Below are positions 27,713-32,000 of a stretch of DNA of 32,000 bases, piece after piece. Within the stretch, counting starts at the first letter, position 1. Each line of letters starts with the position of its first letter. The stretch spans positions 939,551-971,550 of the forward strand of contig JAIUPJ010000001.1 in assembly GCA_020160975.1 (NCBI GenBank). The letters run 5' to 3'. Below the pieces are notes generated by a model, which was given only the letters and a program-made list of their open reading frames with translations, made no database searches and had not been told where the DNA came from. The DNA is from Candidatus Saccharimonadota bacterium (GTDB lineage: Bacteria > Patescibacteriota > Saccharimonadia > Saccharimonadales > Saccharimonadaceae). Position numbers and translations under genes: made by a program.

Positions 27713-29338
27713 ATGAATAAGGTTGCGTCCTACTTGCGCGGGCATATTAGCGGCGAGGTAACGACCCGTGACGATGTGCGTGAGGCAATGAGCATCGACG
27801 GTGGCGTGTTGCGGTTGAAGCCAGACATGGTGATTTATCCGCGTAACACCAACGATGTCCGTAAAGTCGCGAGATTTAGCTGGCAACTAGCTGAGAAGGG
27901 GCACGTGTTGCCAGTGACAGTGCGTGGAGCGGGGACTGACGCCACGGGTGCGGCGATCGGCAAAGGCGTCTCGCTCGTCACGACCGCACATATGAATCGC
28001 TTGTTTGAATACGATGCGAAGCAAAAACTAGTTCGTCTACAACCAGGCGTTACAATCGGAGCACTCAACCAAGGGCTGGCGTTGCACGGTGCAAACATTA
28101 TGGCGCTGGTCGGCTCTCACCCCTATGGTACCGTTGGCGGAGCGATTGCGAGCGCCACAACCGGACGGTTGGCGGGCAAGTACCAGACTATTGAGCCAGC
28201 AATTGACCAGCTAGAGGTGGTACTGGCAAATGGCGATGTCCTGCAAACCAAACGTATCAACAAACGCGAGCTCAGTAAAATCAAGGGTGAGCAGAGCTTT
28301 GTGGGCGATATCTACCGTGGGATTGACCGGATTATAGAAGATTATGCCGAGGTCTTGGACACGCTGCGATCAAACGATGCCGTCGGCTATAATACTATCG
28401 CGGATGTGAAACAAAAGGACGGGAGCTTCGACTTGACACCACTGTTTGTGGGTAGCCAAGGCACGCTAGGGATTGTCACTGAAATGATCATGAAAGCGGA
28501 GTTCCGTAGTCTTCACACTGCCGTCGCTGCTTTGACCTTTGACAGCAGTAATGCCGCTCGAGATGCAATCGATGATCTTTGCAAGCTAAGCCCGGCTTTT
28601 GTAGAGTATTTCGATGCACAGCTTTTCGATACAGCGGCGAAGGCTGGTCGTGAGTATGCATTCTATGCTGAGGCAGCGTCTACGCTCACTCCGGCATCAG
28701 TGATTATTGTCGGGTTCGATGATTTTAGCGAACGACACCGTGCAAAACACCTTAAGCGACTTACCAAGCGATGGGGAAAGAGTGAGGGCGTCGTGCTGGC
28801 ATCAGCCGATGGCGACAAGGCAGAGGACATTCTCGCTGCGCTTGATGTTGCTCACTATACGATGTGGCCCGACCAAGCTACTGGCGCCACGCCACGTCTG
28901 TTTGGCGGCTTTCATGTGCCAACTGAGCGACTCGAGGATTTCGCACGCGGTCTCGAGCTACTCGCAGACAAAGAGCACGTCGACCTGCCATTGGCTGGTC
29001 ACGCGTATACAAATACCTACAGCGTGTACCCCACGCTATCTCTCAGCAAAGTTGGTGACAAACAAAAAATCTTTAAGCTGCTTGATGAACTGACAAAACT
29101 TGTGTATGACCACAGTGGCACGATGCTCGCGGAAGGCGGCGAAGGTCGAGTGAAGGCAAAATTTGTCTACAGCCATCTAGACGACAAGCTGGTCCAGATG
29201 TACGACGAGATTCGCAACGTATGCGATCCACGCGGGACGCTGAACCCCGGCGTCAAGCAAGTCAACGAAGTACGACAGCTGGCTGAAATTCTTCGTGACC
29301 ACCACGAGGCAGGCCAAAACGCTCGGTATGGACTGTAG
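27713..29338 (+). CDS. FAD-binding oxidoreductase (FAD_binding_4 / GlcD-like, D-lactate or glycolate oxidase type)
   Basis: The 541-aa ORF has an N-terminal FAD_binding_4 pattern (PDMVIYPRNTNDVRKVARF...VTVRGAGTDATGAAIG). Its C-terminal end is NVCDPRGTLNPG, typical of the family. Confidence 0.85.
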   Translation: MNKVASYLRGHISGEVTTRDDVREAMSIDGGVLRLKPDMVIYPRNTNDVRKVARFSWQLAEKGHVLPVTVRGAGTDATGAAIGKGVSLVTTAHMNRLFEYDAKQKLVRLQPGVTIGALNQGLALHGANIMALVGSHPYGTVGGAIASATTGRLAGKYQTIEPAIDQLEVVLANGDVLQTKRINKRELSKIKGEQSFVGDIYRGIDRIIEDYAEVLDTLRSNDAVGYNTIADVKQKDGSFDLTPLFVGSQGTLGIVTEMIMKAEFRSLHTAVAALTFDSSNAARDAIDDLCKLSPAFVEYFDAQLFDTAAKAGREYAFYAEAASTLTPASVIIVGFDDFSERHRAKHLKRLTKRWGKSEGVVLASADGDKAEDILAALDVAHYTMWPDQATGATPRLFGGFHVPTERLEDFARGLELLADKEHVDLPLAGHAYTNTYSVYPTLSLSKVGDKQKIFKLLDELTKLVYDHSGTMLAEGGEGRVKAKFVYSHLDDKLVQMYDEIRNVCDPRGTLNPGVKQVNEVRQLAEILRDHHEAGQNARYGL

Positions 29339-29350
29339 CAGGCACTCAAG

Positions 29351-29818
29351 CTAGTTCAGAGGAATTGTTGTGCGATTAGTGATACCTAATCGCTTTGCCT
29401 CTCCAGCGTTGATTTCTATCACCGTCCTCGCATCGCTGAAGAGGGGATTCGAAAAGATGGTCTTTGGGTAGCTCGAGGGTTGGGCATCGTGCACAACATA
29501 AATCACACGGTTGTCTTTGTCGAGCCAGAGGATATCGATCGGGTAGCTCATGCCTTTCATCCATATTGTCATCTGCCCTTTGCCGTGAAACAGCATGCCG
29601 TAGCGTGGGGGCAGCGTCGGTACCGCACTGAGGCCAAGGCGCTTTTCCTCATCGGTGCGGGTTTCGAGCAGCGTAAAGTCTTTGCTGCCGATCCGCGCTA
29701 TCAGTCGTGGGTAAGTCGGTAATCTCGGAGTGTTGTCGGTGGGCATAGGACGCACGATTGCCGCTAGTAAGAAAGCTCCGATACTCATCAGCACAACACT
29801 AACCCAAAACCTCAGCAT
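29351..29818 (-). CDS. DUF192 (COG1430) family protein with an N-terminal signal or anchor helix
   Basis: The start is taken at MLRFWVSVVLMSIGAFLLAAIV, with GAAGG upstream. The core MSYPIDILWLDKDNRVIYVVHDAQP fits DUF192. Confidence 0.8.
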   Translation of the reverse strand: MLRFWVSVVLMSIGAFLLAAIVRPMPTDNTPRLPTYPRLIARIGSKDFTLLETRTDEEKRLGLSAVPTLPPRYGMLFHGKGQMTIWMKGMSYPIDILWLDKDNRVIYVVHDAQPSSYPKTIFSNPLFSDARTVIEINAGEAKRLGITNRTTIPLN

Positions 29819-29854
29819 GATGCCTTCTAGTATAGCGTAGTAGGAGGTGATACC

Positions 29855-29880
29855 TAAAAAAGACGAGCATACACTCGTCT
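29855..29880 (-). terminator. Rho-independent terminator on the minus strand, upstream of the DUF192 gene
   Basis: The minus strand reads AGACGAG-tgtatg-CTCGTCT followed by TTTTTT. It ends about 37 nt before the DUF192 start codon. Confidence 0.6.
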
Positions 29881-30153
29881 CTTTACTCTGAAATGGTTCG
29901 GATAGGAGGACTTGGTCGCGGTTACGCCACACCGAAAGTCAAGCAAGTGAGCTTAGCTCATTTGTGAAGTTTCCTTGCAAAGCTACCTCGAGTCACTTCT
30001 CACCTCCACGACGTGTCGATTCGAGTTCTTAAATTGATACCATCGAAAAATTTGAGTACTATGGCGGAAAATCGTTCTAAACGAAACAGAAGCCGGGGAG
30101 GTCGGCACCATGCTCACTACCTATAATTCAGCTTTTAATGCATTCAGTTATAT
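29881..30153 (-). ncRNA. Candidate small RNA or cis-regulatory leader of unassigned class
   Basis: The region lies between the minus-strand promoter (30160-30188) and the terminator (29855-29880). It has no ORF of 60 aa or more in sense. No known RNA class was recognised. Confidence 0.25.
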
Positions 30154-30159
30154 AAAAGC

Positions 30160-30188
30160 ATATATCTCTAGTGTGAATGTATTGACAA
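30160..30188 (-). promoter_or_regulatory. Sigma70-like promoter TTGTCA-17-ATATAT on the minus strand
   Basis: The reverse complement of 30183-30188 is TTGTCA, ATATAT is at 30160-30165, and the spacer is 17 nt. Its -35 overlaps the -35 of the divergent plus-strand promoter. Confidence 0.4.
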
Positions 30189-30210
30189 CCCCAACCATAA
30201 CCATAATAAT
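30182..30210 (+). promoter_or_regulatory. Sigma70-like promoter TTGACA-17-AATAAT for the repeat-protein gene
   Basis: TTGACA is at 30182-30187, AATAAT at 30205-30210, and the spacer is 17 nt. The GGGAG Shine-Dalgarno sequence at 30264-30268 lies 9 nt before the ATG. Confidence 0.5.
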
Positions 30211-30277
30211 GAAAAGCAATTGTTTGATGCGAGCAAACAAAAAGTGAGAGACAACTAAATAGAGGGAGTAGAAGTGC

Positions 30278-32000
30278 ATGACAGCGCTCGCATCCAAGTT
30301 CGGGGTGAATACTAAAAAGCATACACAGGCCAAATTGTGGCAACGCATAGCAACGCTACTGACAGCGTTTGTTCTGATGGGTAGCGCGCTGGCGCAGATC
30401 GCACAGGCGGCGCCAGGTGATTACGTGTGGCAGAAGGCGGAGACGAATCTGATCGGAGACCAGAGCAACTGGTACTCCATCGCTAGCTCCAGCGACGGCA
30501 GCAAGCTCGCCGCGGTCGTGTCGGGCGGCTTCATCTACACCTCATCCGACTCCGGTGCCACCTGGACGGAGCAAACCGCCGCCGGCTCGCGTTACTGGCA
30601 ATCCATCGCTAGCTCCAGCGACGGCACGAAGCTCGCCGCGGTCGAATCAGAGTGGAACGGCACCAACTATGTCGGCTCCGTCTACACCTCATCCGACTCC
30701 GGCGCCACCTGGACGGAGCGCACCGCCGCCGGCTCGCGTAGCTGGTACTCCATCGCCAGCTCCAGCGACGGCACGAAGCTCGCCGCGGTTGACTATGGCG
30801 GCTTCGTCTACACCTCATCCGATTCCGGTGCCACCTGGACGGAGCAAACCGCCGCCGGCTCGCGTTACTGGTACTCCATTGCCAGCTCTAGCGACGGCAG
30901 CAAGCTCGCCGCGGTCGTGTCGGGCGGCTCCGTCTACACCTCATCCGATTCCGGTGCCACCTGGACGGAGCAAACCGCCGCCGGCTCGCGTAGCTGGTAC
31001 TCCATCGCTAGCTCCAGCGACGGCAGCAAGCTCACTGCGGTCGTGTCGTACGGCTCTGTCTACACCTCATCCGACTCTGGCGCCACATGGACGGAGCGCA
31101 CCGCCGCCGGTCCGGGTAGCTGGTACTCCATCGCCAGCTCTAGCGACGGCACGAAGCTCGCCGCGGTCGCCTACGGCGGCTCCCTCTACACCTCATCCGA
31201 TTCTGGTGCTACCTGGACGGAGCGCACCGCCGGCGGCTCGCGTAACTGGCGATCCATCGCTAGCTCCAGCGACGGCACGAAACTCGCCGCGGTCGAGTCG
31301 GGCGGCTCCCTCTACACCTCATCCGATTCTGGTGCTACCTGGACGGAGCGCACCGCCGGCGGCTCGCGTTACTGGTCCTCCATCGCCAGCTCCAGCGACG
31401 GCAGCAAGCTCGCCGCGGTCGTTTTGGGCGGCTCCGTCTACACCTCATCCGACTCTGGCGCCACCTGGACGGAGCGCACCGCCGCCGGCTCGCGTTACTG
31501 GTCCTCCATCGCCAGCTCCAGCGACGGCAGCAAGCTCGCGGCGGTCGAATCGGGCGGCTCCGTCTACACCTCATCCGACTCCGGCGCCACCTGGACGGAG
31601 CGCACCGCCGCCGGCTCGCGTAACTGGTCCTCCATCGCCAGCTCTAGCGACGGCAGTAAGCTGGTCGCGGCGGTCGCCTACGGCGGCTCCCTCTACACCT
31701 CATCCGATTCTGGTGTTACCTGGACGGAGCGCACCGCCGCCGGCTCACGTGACTGGTACTCCATCGCCAGCTCCAGCGACGGCAGCAAGCTCGCCGCGGT
31801 CGTTTGGGGCGGCTCCGTCTACACTTCGTCCGATTCCGGCGCCACTTGGACGGAGCAAACCGTCGCCGGCTCGCGTGACTGGTACTCCATCGCCAGCTCC
31901 AGCGACGGCAGCAAGCTCGCCGCGGTCGTTTGGGGCGGCTCCGTCTACACTTCGTCCGATTCCGGCGCCACTTGGACGGAGCAAACCGTCGCCGGCTCGC
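30278..32000 (+). CDS. Secreted BNR/Asp-box tandem-repeat protein (beta-propeller type), 3' end outside the window
   Basis: The ATG at 30278 follows an SD sequence. The signal peptide is KLWQRIATLLTAFVLMGSALAQIAQA-AP. It is followed by at least 12 units of W(Y/S)SIASSSDG(S/T)KLAAV..GGS(V/L)YTSSDSGATWTE(Q/R)TAAGSR(Y/S/N/D), each with a canonical SxDxGxTW Asp-box. The ORF is absent from the track because it has no in-window stop. Confidence 0.85.
   Translation, partial: MTALASKFGVNTKKHTQAKLWQRIATLLTAFVLMGSALAQIAQAAPGDYVWQKAETNLIGDQSNWYSIASSSDGSKLAAVVSGGFIYTSSDSGATWTEQTAAGSRYWQSIASSSDGTKLAAVESEWNGTNYVGSVYTSSDSGATWTERTAAGSRSWYSIASSSDGTKLAAVDYGGFVYTSSDSGATWTEQTAAGSRYWYSIASSSDGSKLAAVVSGGSVYTSSDSGATWTEQTAAGSRSWYSIASSSDGSKLTAVVSYGSVYTSSDSGATWTERTAAGPGSWYSIASSSDGTKLAAVAYGGSLYTSSDSGATWTERTAGGSRNWRSIASSSDGTKLAAVESGGSLYTSSDSGATWTERTAGGSRYWSSIASSSDGSKLAAVVLGGSVYTSSDSGATWTERTAAGSRYWSSIASSSDGSKLAAVESGGSVYTSSDSGATWTERTAAGSRNWSSIASSSDGSKLVAAVAYGGSLYTSSDSGVTWTERTAAGSRDWYSIASSSDGSKLAAVVWGGSVYTSSDSGATWTEQTVAGSRDWYSIASSSDGSKLAAVVWGGSVYTSSDSGATWTEQTVAGS
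30470..32000 (+). repeat. Tandem coding repeat with a 126-bp (42-aa) unit, at least 12 copies
   Basis: Unit starts (TGG codons) are at 30470, 30596, 30743, 30869, 30995, 31121, 31247, 31373, 31499, 31625, 31754 and 31880. Unit 2 is 147 bp and unit 10 is 129 bp. Segments 31751-31876 and 31877-32000 are identical. Confidence 0.95.

Noticed and set aside
29843-29852. A perfect AGGAGGTGAT Shine-Dalgarno-like sequence on the plus strand
   Set aside because: No start codon follows within 15 nt on the plus strand. The sequence lies in the 5' region of the minus-strand DUF192 gene and is probably fortuitous.
30609-31984. Three minus-strand ORFs (69-79 aa) with repeating RRSR/WRW peptides
   Set aside because: They are antisense read-through of the 126-bp coding repeats. 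The plus-strand frame has a promoter, a Shine-Dalgarno sequence, a signal peptide and canonical Asp-boxes.
30470-32000. Regular 126-bp periodicity considered as a possible CRISPR array
   Set aside because: There is no alternation of repeats with unique spacers. The whole unit repeats and lies in-frame within a single long ORF. No cas genes are nearby.

Overview
The window is dense with housekeeping genes. Hand counts on sample 60-nt lines give about 40-55% GC. About 24 protein genes and one tRNA-Leu(UAG) are recognisable by motif: pepN, a secreted DUF1524/HNH nuclease, a queuosine-salvage cluster (yhhQ, tgt, queA), nusA, clpC, radA, a PIN/TRAM protein, a class A PBP, tyrS, a phosphosugar mutase, recG, rsmD, an FAD oxidase and a DUF192 protein. 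The compact layout, salvage genes and secreted nuclease suggest a small-genome, host-dependent bacterium, possibly Patescibacteria/Saccharibacteria-like. That taxonomic guess is inference only. Seven things stand out. (1) A 1.2-kb ORF-poor region (4078-5310) is packed with 7-10 bp stem-loops, including a 97-nt three-way junction, and I could not match it to any RNA class I know. Its right-hand part looks like a promoter-to-terminator unit on the minus strand. (2) A sharply bounded island of about 2 kb and about 65-68% GC holds a single SPFH/flotillin gene driven by an AT-rich native-type promoter, which suggests horizontal acquisition. (3) A second GC-rich gene at the window end encodes a secreted protein with at least 12 tandem 42-aa Asp-box (SxDxGxTW) repeats, and the last two 126-bp units are identical. 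(4) A palindromic element of about 125 bp with 13-nt terminal inverted repeats sits in-frame between recG helicase motifs II and III. (5) A perfect CIRCE operator overlaps the -35 of the clpC promoter. (6) Back-to-back promoters place -10 boxes 6 nt from the pepN and nuclease ATGs, implying leaderless mRNAs. (7) A non-coding unit of about 295 nt, bounded by a promoter and a terminator, lies upstream of the DUF192 gene. No CRISPR array, transposase or rRNA was seen. All homology calls rest on motif recognition by eye, because no searches could be run.
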